64,000 nucleotides of DNA from Candidatus Doudnabacteria bacterium (GTDB lineage Bacteria > Patescibacteriota > Doudnabacteria > UBA920), in contig CAWINB010000004.1 in the NCBI GenBank assembly GCA_963837465.1, positions 458,853 to 522,852 on the forward strand, read 5' to 3'. The position numbers and the translations under genes were made by a program. Under the pieces are notes generated by a model. The model was not told the origin of the DNA. It saw only the letters and a list, made by a program, of their open reading frames with translations, and ran no database searches. This document shows, one piece after another, positions 17,899-27,050 of the stretch; position 1 is the first letter of the stretch, and each line of letters starts with the position of its first letter.

Positions 17899-17913
17899 CC
17901 ACTACCCGCTCCA
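17899..17913 (+). repeat. direct repeat of the tRNA-Gly 3' end (ccactacccgctcca; identical to 16577-16591, with gttcga also shared just upstream)
   Basis: 15-bp perfect repeat 1.3 kb downstream of the tRNA: an att-site-like duplication. Confidence 0.55.
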
Positions 17914-18018
17914 GACAAATTTACCCATTGTTATGGATATTTTTGGCATTCGGGTACAAAAGTTAGAACCAAGTGTGGTATAATACATTTAAAGTAAAAT
18001 TATCTTCAAGAAACAAAA

Positions 18019-18843
18019 ATGGACAATACAAATGAATCTCAAATTCCGCAACAAGCTCCAATGCCGCCAGCTATTAAAAAGTGGCATCAGCATAAAGGCA
18101 TTATTTCAATCATCGTATTAGCCGTCATTGCGGCTGTTCTAGTTTGGGTTTATTTTATCCTAAACCAGCCGCAGGTTTTAGGGCCTGTAGCGGTTCATCA
18201 TAAATCAAAATCTATAATTCAAACTCAACAGCTAGCAATCTCAACACCAGCCAACACGAGCGGCTGGCAGACATCTACTGCCACTCAGCAGACTGCTTTA
18301 AATACCTTGCAAGATGACGGAATAAATTTTCCTATCCCGGCCATATATTCAAAAGATGAATGGTACTCTGCGTCCGCCACTTCATCCGAATCTGATATTG
18401 GATCTAATGAGTTTGATATAAATGGCAATGCATTATCTCTGACCGGTCAGTTCTACCAAGCAACAAATACAGACCCTGGCATATTGGCATGGGAACAATC
18501 AAATACCAATGGTACCAATACAGATGGCGGTTTTTACGGCGGTGACCAAAACTTTTTGACTTATTATGAGCAAACTTTGACCAATACAGGATATAAAACA
18601 GAGGTTGATTTGGACCAAAACTTAAATGTGATACAGAATTGGCAAGCTGGCACAAACCAAGCAAACCCAGCCTATACCCTGTTGCCCTCATCTGGCGATG
18701 GACCGCTTGGGACTATAACTGGATATATAAAATACTACCAGGGCAGAGCAAGAGTCATTGACATTTCAAGTAGTACTACCGAAAACGAGGTCTTTATCAG
18801 TAATGTGTTTAATGTTCAAAGTCTTATTTCCTTTAACCAGTAA
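18019..18843 (+). CDS. membrane-anchored secreted hypothetical protein
   Basis: N-terminal TM (IISIIVLAVIAAVLVWVYFIL), Thr/Asn/Gln-rich ectodomain. Extended -10 promoter tgtggtataat at ~17975-17990. Confidence 0.5.
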   Translation: MDNTNESQIPQQAPMPPAIKKWHQHKGIISIIVLAVIAAVLVWVYFILNQPQVLGPVAVHHKSKSIIQTQQLAISTPANTSGWQTSTATQQTALNTLQDDGINFPIPAIYSKDEWYSASATSSESDIGSNEFDINGNALSLTGQFYQATNTDPGILAWEQSNTNGTNTDGGFYGGDQNFLTYYEQTLTNTGYKTEVDLDQNLNVIQNWQAGTNQANPAYTLLPSSGDGPLGTITGYIKYYQGRARVIDISSSTTENEVFISNVFNVQSLISFNQ

Positions 18844-19037
18844 TTGTTTCAAGCAAGAGTAGTAGCGATAATCTGTCCAAACATAATTCCATAGGCCACA
18901 AGCTTACTTGGTTAAGTAGCAGCTTTCGCTGATAAACTCGGTATTCTAAACCTCTTTCCACTCATCCAAAAGAGGTTGTCCGTTGTCCGTTGACGGTTGA
19001 ATAAATATAGTATAAGATTGTAGTATAAATTAATATT

Positions 19038-19174
19038 AACTTATCCAGAGAGCAGTTAGGGATCTAGCCCGTTGACCTGCCGGCAACCAATCGGTTTTCA
19101 CCGATAAGGTGCTAATTCTAGCCCGTAAAGGGAAAGATGAAAATTTATCTGACCCTTACAAAAGGGATTTTTTT
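19038..19174 (+). ncRNA. SAM-I (S-box) riboswitch with terminator expression platform, leader of metK
   Basis: CTTATCCAGAGAGCAGTTAGGGATCTAGCCCGTTGACCTGCCGGCAACC...GGTGCTAATTCTAGCCCGTAAAGGGAAAGATGA matches the SAM-I consensus (P1 CTTATC/GATGA, GGGA..GCCCG.TGA, CGGCAACC, GGTGCTAATTC, AAAGATGA). Terminator gacccttacaaaagggattttttt at 19151-19174. Confidence 0.8.
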
Positions 19175-20356
19175 ATGCCAAAAAATAATAATCAGGTTAA
19201 GCTGTTTACATCGGAGTCCGTAACCGAAGGGCATCCGGACAAAGTTTGCGACCAAATTTCGGACGCCATTTATGACGAGATGCTGCGGCAGGACAAAAAG
19301 GCGCACGCCGGCATAGAATGTTTTGCCACCACCGGTTTGGTCGTGGTGGGCGGCGAGGCGCGGACTAAAGCTTACGTTGACATTCAGTCCGTAGTGCGGA
19401 GGACGCTTAAAAAAATCGGTTACGATAAACCGGAGTACGGTTTTTGTTTTTCCGACGTGGGAGTAATTTCCACTTTGCATGAACAGTCGCCGGACATTGC
19501 CCAGGGCGTGGACGAAGGCAGGGGAGAATTTAAGGAACAGGGCGCGGGAGACCAGGGTTTGATGTTCGGTTTTGCCTGCGACGAAACCAAGGAGTTAATG
19601 CCGCTGCCGATTTCTCTGGCTCATCGCTTAACGCGTAAACTTGCCGAAGTCCGCAAGAACGGAAAACTTGCCTATTTGCGTCCGGACGGCAAGTCCCAGG
19701 TCAGCATTGAATATGTAAACGGCAGGCCCAAATCGGTAACTACCGTAGTAATTGCCGCGCATCATTCCGAAGACGTGAGTACGGAAAAATTGCGCGCGGA
19801 TATTACCCGGCAGGTTATAAAGCCCGTGCTGGGAAAATGGTTTAACAAAAACATCAAAATTTTTATTAATTCCACCGGCAGGTTTGTGCTTGGCGGGCCG
19901 CCGGCGGACGCGGGGCTCACGGGGCGCAAGATCATAGTAGATACTTACGGCGGTTACGCGCCGCACGGCGGCGGTTGCTTTAGCGGCAAATGCGTTACCA
20001 AGGTTGACCGAAGCGCGGCTTACGCCGCCCGCTATATTGCCAAAAATATTGTCGCGGCCGGCTTGGCCAAAAAGTGCCTGGTCCAGTTAGCTTACGCCAT
20101 TGGCGTGGCCAAACCGGTTTCCGCCATGGTGGATACTTACGGCACGGGAAAAATCTCGGACAATCGCCTGGAACAAATTGTTGAGCAAATTTTTCCTTTA
20201 AAACCGGCTGATATAGTCAAGCAATTAAATCTGGAACGCCCCATTTATGAACAAACCGCGGCCTACGGCCACTTTGGCCGCACCGACGTTAAGTTTCCAT
20301 GGGAGAAGACGGATAAGGTCAGACAGCTGAGAGGTTTGGTAAAAAGTAAAAAGTAG
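19175..20356 (+). CDS. metK: S-adenosylmethionine synthetase
   Basis: [37 protein letters not shown], and the remaining MetK signature. The start at 19175 follows the riboswitch; the ORF-track start at 19109 overlaps it. Confidence 0.95.
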   Translation: MPKNNNQVKLFTSESVTEGHPDKVCDQISDAIYDEMLRQDKKAHAGIECFATTGLVVVGGEARTKAYVDIQSVVRRTLKKIGYDKPEYGFCFSDVGVISTLHEQSPDIAQGVDEGRGEFKEQGAGDQGLMFGFACDETKELMPLPISLAHRLTRKLAEVRKNGKLAYLRPDGKSQVSIEYVNGRPKSVTTVVIAAHHSEDVSTEKLRADITRQVIKPVLGKWFNKNIKIFINSTGRFVLGGPPADAGLTGRKIIVDTYGGYAPHGGGCFSGKCVTKVDRSAAYAARYIAKNIVAAGLAKKCLVQLAYAIGVAKPVSAMVDTYGTGKISDNRLEQIVEQIFPLKPADIVKQLNLERPIYEQTAAYGHFGRTDVKFPWEKTDKVRQLRGLVKSKK

Positions 20357-20363
20357 AAAGGAC

Positions 20364-20402
20364 AAGGGCGCCCCTTTGCAACAAAGGGGCGCCCTTGTTT
20401 GC
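20364..20402 (+). terminator. rho-independent terminator after metK (same cccctttgc.gcaaagggg core reused at 44307-44339)
   Basis: acaagggcgcccctttgcaacaaaggggcgcccttgttt. Confidence 0.7.
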
Positions 20403-20429
20403 GGGCTCAAATCGGTTATAATTAATTAT

Positions 20430-22361
20430 ATGAACAATAATTTGCCGGAATTAGCAAAACTTATCCGTTATTATTCCCTTGTATCCACCACCGCGGCCGG
20501 GAGCGGGCATCCTACATCATCTTTGAGCGCGGCGGATGTAATGACGGTGCTGATGTTTGGCCGAAGGTCGCCCGAAGCTTTGGCGAAGGGGGAAGGGTTT
20601 TTCCGCGCTGATCTAGAAAATCCGGAATATATTAACAACGACCGGTTGATATTTAGCAAAGGCCACGCTTCTCCTTTGTTTTATTCTTTGTACGCGGCGG
20701 CCGGAAAAGTCAGTGAGCAGGAAATGCTGTCGCTCCGCAAAATGGGTTCCCATTTGGAGGGTCACCCTACAATGCTGTTTCCTTATACGGAAGTGCCTAC
20801 GGGTTCGCTTGGCCAGGGTTTATCCGTGGGTGTCGGTATGGCGCTAAATGCCAAATTAGACAAATTATCTTACAAAACTTATGTCTTATTGGGCGACAGC
20901 GAGATGGCCGAGGGCAGCGTTTGGGAGGCTATGGCCGCGGCATCCTTTAATAAACTGGACAACTTGGTGGCGATTTTGGATTGCAACCGCCTGGGCCAGC
21001 GCGGCGAGACTATGTACGGGCATCACGCCGAAATTTATGAACAGAGGGCCAAAAGTTTTGGCTGGGAAACTGTTGTGGTGGATGGGCATGACATCGGCGA
21101 AATCGGTAAAGCTTTCGGGCAAATCACGGGGTCGGTAAATCAGAAACCGAAAATGATTATCGCGAAAACCCTTAAGGGCAAAGGCGTGTCGTTTATGGAA
21201 GACAAAGACGGCTGGCACGGCAAGGCTTTGTCGGCCGATGAATTAAAAAAGGCTTTGGAAGAGCTGGGGGAAGCTGATAAGAGTCTGGTGGGGAAAATCG
21301 CGATGCCGGAGCAAGTTAAAACTGAAAAGTTGAAAGTTGAAAGCTGGGATCAAAAAATCAAATTTACGGATTATCCCAAAGACCAAAAAGTTGCCACGCG
21401 CGAGGCTTACGGCAACGCGCTGGTTAATTTGGTGGAAGCAAATGATCGCGTAATTGTTTTGGACGCCGAGACCAGCAATTCCACGTATTCGGAATTTGTA
21501 AAGAAAAATCATCCGGAAAAGTTTTTTGAAATGTACATTGCCGAACAAAATATGGTGGGCGTGGCTTTGGGATTTTCCCGCCGCGGAAAAATTCCTTTTG
21601 TGTCCACTTTCGCGGCTTTTTTTAGCCGGGCGTTTGACCAAATCAGGATGTCGCAGTACGCGCGCGCCAACATTAAGTTCGTGGGCTCCCACGCTGGCGT
21701 CAGTATTGGCGAAGACGGTTCATCACAAATGGCTTTGGAAGACATTGCTATGTTCAGGACCAATTTAAACGGCGCGGTTTTGTATCCTTCTGATGCCGTG
21801 TCGGCCGAAAAGTTAGTGGCTGAAGCGGCTAAACACCGGGGCAACGTTTACATCCGTACCACGCGCAAGGACACGGCAATTTTATATAGCAATAAGCAGA
21901 CAGCAGACAGCAGACAGCAAGATGGCCTTGTTCAACACAATTTTAAAATAGGAGGGTCATGCGTTTTAAAATCATCCTCTAACGATCAAATAACCGTAAT
22001 AGGCGCGGGTATAACTTTACACGAAGCTTTGGCCGCTTATGAGGATTTGAAAAAAGAAAATATAAATATCCGCGTGATAGATCTTTACTCTATAAAACCG
22101 CTGGATGTTGAAACCCTAAAAAAAGCCGCGGCCGAAACCAAAGCAATAATCACTGTGGAAGATCATTTTCCCGAAGGCGGAATTGGTGAAGCGGTCGCGG
22201 CGGCAATAAGCACACAGCAAACAGCAAACAGTTGCTTCGTCTGTGCTCTGTGTGTTCGCAAAGAACCCCACAGCGGAAAGCCGGACGAGCTACTCTCGTA
22301 TGAAGAAATTGATAAAAATGCTATTATGAAAGCAATTAAAGAGCAATTAGCAAAAAGCTAA
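20430..22361 (+). CDS. tkt: transketolase (single polypeptide) with low-complexity microsatellite-encoded inserts
   Basis: TAAGSGHPTSSLS, GHASPLFYSLYAAAG, GDSEMAEGSVWEA, and C-terminal GGIGEAV...DELL. The likely start MNNNLPELAKL is at 20430. (agcagac)x3 at 21899-21919 and (acagcaa)x2 near 22207 lie inside the CDS. Confidence 0.9.
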   Translation: MNNNLPELAKLIRYYSLVSTTAAGSGHPTSSLSAADVMTVLMFGRRSPEALAKGEGFFRADLENPEYINNDRLIFSKGHASPLFYSLYAAAGKVSEQEMLSLRKMGSHLEGHPTMLFPYTEVPTGSLGQGLSVGVGMALNAKLDKLSYKTYVLLGDSEMAEGSVWEAMAAASFNKLDNLVAILDCNRLGQRGETMYGHHAEIYEQRAKSFGWETVVVDGHDIGEIGKAFGQITGSVNQKPKMIIAKTLKGKGVSFMEDKDGWHGKALSADELKKALEELGEADKSLVGKIAMPEQVKTEKLKVESWDQKIKFTDYPKDQKVATREAYGNALVNLVEANDRVIVLDAETSNSTYSEFVKKNHPEKFFEMYIAEQNMVGVALGFSRRGKIPFVSTFAAFFSRAFDQIRMSQYARANIKFVGSHAGVSIGEDGSSQMALEDIAMFRTNLNGAVLYPSDAVSAEKLVAEAAKHRGNVYIRTTRKDTAILYSNKQTADSRQQDGLVQHNFKIGGSCVLKSSSNDQITVIGAGITLHEALAAYEDLKKENINIRVIDLYSIKPLDVETLKKAAAETKAIITVEDHFPEGGIGEAVAAAISTQQTANSCFVCALCVRKEPHSGKPDELLSYEEIDKNAIMKAIKEQLAKS

Positions 22362-22525
22362 CAGCAGACAGTATGTATATCCAGAATTTTAAAGATATCA
22401 GTTATTTTTATCGAAAGATTTAAGATATATATCTGAAAAAGACTATGAAGATGGGGAATTTTTAGCGGAAGAGGTTGCAAAATTATTATACGCATGGAAA
22501 ATAAATCAAAAGTAATTTGAGAGGC

Positions 22526-22591
22526 TGTCAGCAGTCAGCAGTCAGCAGTCAGCAGTCAGCTGTCAGCTGACTGCTAATTGCTAATTGCTAA
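22526..22591. repeat. tandem 7-mers (cagcagt)x4-5 with embedded palindrome cagtcagctgtcagctgactg, followed by (ctaattg)x3
   Basis: Directly visible. Lies between tkt and glpX. Confidence 0.8.
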
Positions 22592-22602
22592 TTGCTACCA
22601 CT

Positions 22603-23593
22603 ATGGACAGAAATCTTGCTTTAGAATTTGTAAGGGTTACCGAAGCCGCGGCCATTGCGGCATTGTAAGTGGGTGGGTAAAGGCGATGGTAAAAAAGCTG
22701 ATGCCGCGGCCGTGGACGAAATGCGTGACCGATTTAATCAAATAGATTTTGCCGGGACTGTTGTTATTGGCGAGGGAAGTAAGGATGAATCCGCGGAATT
22801 GTATCAGGGTGAGAGATTAGGAAAAGGCTGGGGAAGTGTAGTCAGCCCATTTATGGGCTCAAAAAGAACAGCCGATAAATCGGCTAACTACATTGATTTA
22901 GCTATTGACCCATTAGAGTGTACCGACAGCGTGGCTTTTGGACGATATAATGCTTTAACTGTGATTGCAGCAGGCAGTCACGGTTCGTTGCTTAATGCCC
23001 CGGATACATACATGGAAAAAATCGCGGCCGGGCCAAAGGCGGCTAAGGTTATAAAATTAGACGCGCCGACATCGGTAAACATAAAAAATACAGCCAAAGC
23101 CCTGGGTAAAAAAGTGGGGGATATTACGGTTTGTATTTTGGACAGGCCGCGTCATCAGAAATTAATCGAAGAAGTGCGCAAGGCCGGCGCCCGGGTGCGC
23201 TTAATTACCGACGGCGACGTGGCCGGCGGCATTGCCCCATGTATGCCAGAGTCGGGGATTGATCTTTTGATGGGCATCGGAGCGTCAGCAGAAGCAGTTC
23301 TGGCTGGCGTAGCGATTAAAATCCTCGGCGGCCAAATGCTTTGCCGCTTTAAACCAAAAGACGACCACCATTCATCACTCATTAAAAAAGCCGGGCTTAA
23401 CACTACTAAAGTTTATTCGGTCAACGATTTGGCCAAAGGTAATCAATTAACTTTTACCGCCACCGGCGTCATAGACGGCCCGCTTTTGCAAGGCGTTCGC
23501 TTTGCCGACCCGTTTATCATAACCCACTCAATTGTCATACGCGGGCAAAGCGGGACAATTAGGTATATAACTACCCATCATAAAGGAAAATAA
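22603..23593 (+). CDS. glpX: fructose-1,6-bisphosphatase class II (GlpX). The conserved N-terminus MDRNLALEFVRVTEAAAIAAL is in frame 1 (22603-22665) and the rest in frame +1 (from 22655), an apparent single-base +1 frameshift at ~22664-22667. Carries an in-frame 18-aa insertion from a palindromic mini-element.
   Basis: Both parts match GlpX consensus (M.R.LALE.VRVTEAAA.A...W.G.GDK..AD.AAV; DP..GT; LNAPD.YMEKI; ILDRPRH; ITDGDVA; GIGA.EAVL). Frame 1 hits TAA at 22666; skipping one T restores AAL-KWVGKGDGKK. Confidence 0.8.
22837..22892. repeat. miniature palindromic element, copy B, inserted in-frame inside glpX (encodes roughly VVSPFMGSKRTADKSANY)
   Basis: tgtagtcagcccatttatgggct...aacagccgataaatcggctaactaca is near-identical to copy A at 2294-2353, including the terminal IRs. 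Confidence 0.65.
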
Positions 23594-23594
23594 T

Positions 23595-23789
23595 ATGTGG
23601 CACCATCATCATAATATTGAGAGAGAGAATGCTTTAGCGGCTCAAAAAAAGTTTGAGGAAGCTTTTCAAAATTTAAAATTAGGTATGGAGGCCGAAAGGG
23701 GAAAACCATTCGATAAAGAGGATGAGGAAGAATTGCGTAAGAAGGTTGGAGAGTATATCAGAAACAAGATGAAGCAGGAGGGCGTATAA
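23595..23789 (+). CDS. hypothetical small protein (N-terminal His run MWHHHH)
   Basis: 64-aa ORF with AAAGGA RBS. Start overlaps the glpX stop. Confidence 0.3.
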   Translation: MWHHHHNIERENALAAQKKFEEAFQNLKLGMEAERGKPFDKEDEEELRKKVGEYIRNKMKQEGV

Positions 23790-23821
23790 TTAAGGCGGCT
23801 ATAATTAATTAATTTTAAAAT

Positions 23822-24727
23822 ATGAACAAAGAAACAGGCTATACAAAACCACTGTTTATTATGGCGTTTGACCACCGCGCCAGTTTTGCCAAAATGATTA
23901 TGGGCAAGGAAGATCTTTCGGCCGCGGAAGTTGAACAGGTCAGGCATTATAAGTATTTAATTTACCAGGGCTTGCTTAAGGCCATTGAGCAGGGTGTGCC
24001 CAAAGAGCAGGCCGCGGTTTTGGTGGATGAATATTCCGGCGACAAAGTTTTGCAGGACGCCCGGGCGCAAGGTTTGACTACCATCCTCACAACGGAAAAA
24101 AGCGGCAAGCCGGAATTTATGTTTGAGTACGAGGATTTTGGCGCGCATATAGAAAAGTACAAACCAACCTTTACCAAAGCCCTGGTACGTTATAATCCGG
24201 AGGGAGATATGGCCACCAACGGGCGCAGCAGGGAACAGTTAAAAATTTTGGGAGATTATTCCCACAGCCACGGCTATAAATTTTTAATTGAACCGCTTAT
24301 TCCGGCCATCGACGCCCAACTTGCCCAGGTTTCCGGCGACAAACATCGCTACGATCTGGAATTGCGCCCGGACTTGACCGTGCGAATGATTAAGGAAATG
24401 CAACAAGCCGGCGTTAATCCGGACATTTGGAAAATAGAGGGCTTGGATGAATCTGTATCTTACGAACAAGTGGTGGCGCAAGCAAGAAGCGGCGGCAGGG
24501 ATAATGTCAGTTGTGTAATTTTAGGTCGCGGCGAAAGTAATCAAGGCGTGGAAAAATGGATTAACGCCGGAAAAAATGTTTCCGGAATGGTGGGTTTTGC
24601 CATCGGCCGCACGATTTTTGCCGAAAGTTTAGCCGCCCTGCATCAACAAAAAATTTCCGAGGCCGAAGCTGTAGAGCAAATTAGTAAAAATTATTTTCAT
24701 TTTTACCAAGTGTTTACGAGTAAATAA
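23822..24727 (+). CDS. class I aldolase of the LacD (tagatose/fructose-1,6-bisphosphate aldolase) family
   Basis: LFIMAFDHRASFAKMIM aligns with LacD ISALAFDQRGALKRMM, with further collinear patches. Sits in a tkt/glpX/tal sugar-phosphate cluster. Confidence 0.55.
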   Translation: MNKETGYTKPLFIMAFDHRASFAKMIMGKEDLSAAEVEQVRHYKYLIYQGLLKAIEQGVPKEQAAVLVDEYSGDKVLQDARAQGLTTILTTEKSGKPEFMFEYEDFGAHIEKYKPTFTKALVRYNPEGDMATNGRSREQLKILGDYSHSHGYKFLIEPLIPAIDAQLAQVSGDKHRYDLELRPDLTVRMIKEMQQAGVNPDIWKIEGLDESVSYEQVVAQARSGGRDNVSCVILGRGESNQGVEKWINAGKNVSGMVGFAIGRTIFAESLAALHQQKISEAEAVEQISKNYFHFYQVFTSK

Positions 24728-24817
24728 AAAATCGTTCCGGTGGTCGGATTGGTTCAGTGGCGATTATTGGTTTGATTTGATAATTCACTTGATAACTTTT
24801 AACTTTATAACTTACCT

Positions 24818-25525
24818 ATGGCCTACGTCCAAAAACCCCAATTTAAACCCATTGAACATCTGGAAAAAGTCCGTAAAGGGCATATTAAGGAAATTCCGCG
24901 GTGGATGATAGATAAGATTACCGCGGAGTTTATTAAAGGGTTTGAGTTTTTAAGGCATTATAAAAAAGCCGTGAGCGTAATGGGCAGCGCCCGGCCGAAT
25001 TTGCAAAACGGTGTTTACGAAGAGGCTACCAAGCTTGGCGGCAAGCTGTCCAAAGCCGGGCTTGCGGTTATGACCGGGGGCGGCCCGGGCATTATGGAAG
25101 CGGCCAACAAGGGCGCTTTTGAGGCCGGAGGGATGTCAGTGGGCATTAATATCCGCCTGCCTTTTGAACAGCGCACCAACCAGTACGTAAAACAGTACGA
25201 ATCGTTTTCTTTTTTCTTTACCCGCAAAGTCATGCTGGAGTACGCCTCCCAGATTTACGTTTTTTTCCCGGGCGGTTTTGGGACTTTGGACGAGTTTTTT
25301 GAAATGGTGACTTTGACCCAGACAAAAAAAATAAAAGCCGTGCCTATTATTTTGGTCAACAAACAATTCTGGCAGCCGTTGCTTGACTGGCTGGAAGAAA
25401 CCGTTTACAAAAAAAATAAAGCCATCAATAAAGAAGATATGGATTTGTACCATTTGGTGGATAATGCCGAGGAAGCGTATGAGCTGATAAAGGAGTTGTC
25501 TAAAGACAAACATTTGTTTAACTAA
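24818..25525 (+). CDS. LOG-family protein (TIGR00730; cytokinin riboside 5'-monophosphate phosphoribohydrolase-like)
   Basis: [28 protein letters not shown], and the [12 protein letters not shown] motif. Confidence 0.85.
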   Translation: MAYVQKPQFKPIEHLEKVRKGHIKEIPRWMIDKITAEFIKGFEFLRHYKKAVSVMGSARPNLQNGVYEEATKLGGKLSKAGLAVMTGGGPGIMEAANKGAFEAGGMSVGINIRLPFEQRTNQYVKQYESFSFFFTRKVMLEYASQIYVFFPGGFGTLDEFFEMVTLTQTKKIKAVPIILVNKQFWQPLLDWLEETVYKKNKAINKEDMDLYHLVDNAEEAYELIKELSKDKHLFN

Positions 25526-25565
25526 TGGTAAATATAAGGATAGTAAGGATAGTAAGGATACAAGT

Positions 25566-25928
25566 ATGTCCATAAAAGATTTTAAGGAAAAATATGCTTG
25601 GCAAAAAGCTCATGAGTTGACGCTTTTGGTTTATAAATTAACCAGGAATTATCCAAAAGATGAATTATATGGACTTGTCAGTCAAAGTCGGAGAGCTGCG
25701 GTTTCCATTCCATCTAATTTGGCTGAAGGCTTTAAGCGCCGTGGTATGCAGGAAGATGCCCGTTTTTGCAATATTGCCCAAGCTTCGTTGGAAGAGTTGA
25801 AATATCAGTTGCTTTTAGCCAAAGATTTGGAATATGTTACGCATGCGGAATTCGATAACGCGGAAAAATTATGTCAGGAAACCGCAAAACTGATTCATTT
25901 ATGGATTAAAAGCAAGGATAAGAAATAA
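25566..25928 (+). CDS. four-helix-bundle protein (23S rRNA intervening-sequence protein family, TIGR02436)
   Basis: KEKYAWQKAHELTLLVYKLTRNYPKDELYGLVSQSRRAAVSIPSNLAEGF...EYVTHAEF. Flanked by imperfect inverted 'aaggata' repeats at 25527-25565 and 25945-25975. Confidence 0.85.
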   Translation: MSIKDFKEKYAWQKAHELTLLVYKLTRNYPKDELYGLVSQSRRAAVSIPSNLAEGFKRRGMQEDARFCNIAQASLEELKYQLLLAKDLEYVTHAEFDNAEKLCQETAKLIHLWIKSKDKK

Positions 25929-25977
25929 AGATACTCATAAGATACTTATATCCTTATCATACTTAAATCCTATCCCT

Positions 25978-26826
25978 ATGAAGCTTCTCGATATGAAAAC
26001 TAAGATCTTTTTAGACAGCGGCGACCCATCCGAGACTCAGGATGCTTTGTCGTTGCTCGGTTTTTTGGACGGCCAGACTACCAATCCATCCCTTATAGCC
26101 AAAAATCCGGAGACGGCAGGCAGGAAATTTTCCAAAAATGAACTCCTGGATTTTTATAAAGGAGTCGTTAAGGAAGTTTCGTCCTTAATTCCCCAAGGGT
26201 CAGTGTCCATAGAAGTTTACGCCAATGCCAAAACATCGGCTGAGGAAATGCTGGAACAAGGCAGGCAATTTTATACCTGGATTCCCAATGCTCATATTAA
26301 ATACCCCACAACGGCTGAGGGCTTAAAAGCGGCTGAAATAAGCGTAAAAAGCGGTACGCGGGTTAATATGACCCTGGTTTTTAGCCAACAGCAGGCCGCG
26401 GCGGTTTACAGGGCAACCCTCGGAGCCAGCCGCGGGCAGGTTTACCTTTCGCCGTTCATAGGCAGGCTGGACGACAAAAGAGAAAACGGGATGGATTTAA
26501 TAGAGAATATTATTAAGATGTACGGCTACGGCGACGGGCACGTTGAAGTATTAACGGCAAGCGTAAGGTCCGTTTACCATTTTACCCGAGCCACTGAGCT
26601 TGGATCGGATATTATTACATCGCCGCTGAAAATAATTAAGGGATGGGCGGAGGCGGGGATGCCGGTTGTGAGTGACGGGTTACAGGTGACGAGTAACGAG
26701 TTGAAACAGATTCCATATCAAGAGTTATCTTTAAACAAACCCTGGCAGGAATATAATATTCGGCACGAGCTTACGGACAAAGGTTTGGAAAAATTTGCCG
26801 CCGATTGGAATAATTTAATTGAATAA
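25978..26826 (+). CDS. tal: transaldolase / fructose-6-phosphate aldolase family (short type with C-terminal extension)
   Basis: KIFLDSGDP, GQTTNPSLIAK, VSIEVYAN and SPFIGRLDD motifs. Confidence 0.8.
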   Translation: MKLLDMKTKIFLDSGDPSETQDALSLLGFLDGQTTNPSLIAKNPETAGRKFSKNELLDFYKGVVKEVSSLIPQGSVSIEVYANAKTSAEEMLEQGRQFYTWIPNAHIKYPTTAEGLKAAEISVKSGTRVNMTLVFSQQQAAAVYRATLGASRGQVYLSPFIGRLDDKRENGMDLIENIIKMYGYGDGHVEVLTASVRSVYHFTRATELGSDIITSPLKIIKGWAEAGMPVVSDGLQVTSNELKQIPYQELSLNKPWQEYNIRHELTDKGLEKFAADWNNLIE

Positions 26827-26862
26827 AATTGACAAAAATAAATAAAATTGAGCATAATTTTA

Positions 26863-26896
26863 AAACCCCGCCGATTGGCGGGGTTTAATTTTTTGC
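26863..26896 (+). terminator. rho-independent terminator after tal
   Basis: aaaaccccgccgattggcggggtttaatttttt. Confidence 0.7.
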
Positions 26897-27050
26897 CGCT
26901 CGTACCGCGAAGCTTTAGCGAAGCAGTGGTCGGCCAATTCGACACAGGTGGAAAACCTACTTGGCTTTGGTTAAAGAGATTTTTGAATGCTTTAGGAGTG
27001 GTGGCATGCCCGTACCTATGTTTGTGTAAATACAAACGTCATTTTTATAT

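Noticed and set aside
19109-19174. ORF-track start of metK at 19109
   Set aside because: It overlaps the SAM-I riboswitch aptamer and terminator. The conserved MetK N-terminus starts at MPKNNNQ (19175).
22655-22670. Programmed +1 ribosomal frameshift in glpX (prfB-like)
   Set aside because: The context UUG-UAA-G offers no P-site re-pairing in the +1 frame and no upstream SD-like stimulator. An indel or pseudogene is more plausible.
26927-26948. tggtcggccaattcgacacagg as the left att repeat of the tRNA-Pro island
   Set aside because: Only 7 contiguous matches to the tRNA-Pro 3' end plus loose similarity. It lies outside the AT-rich block and is not convincing without alignment statistics.
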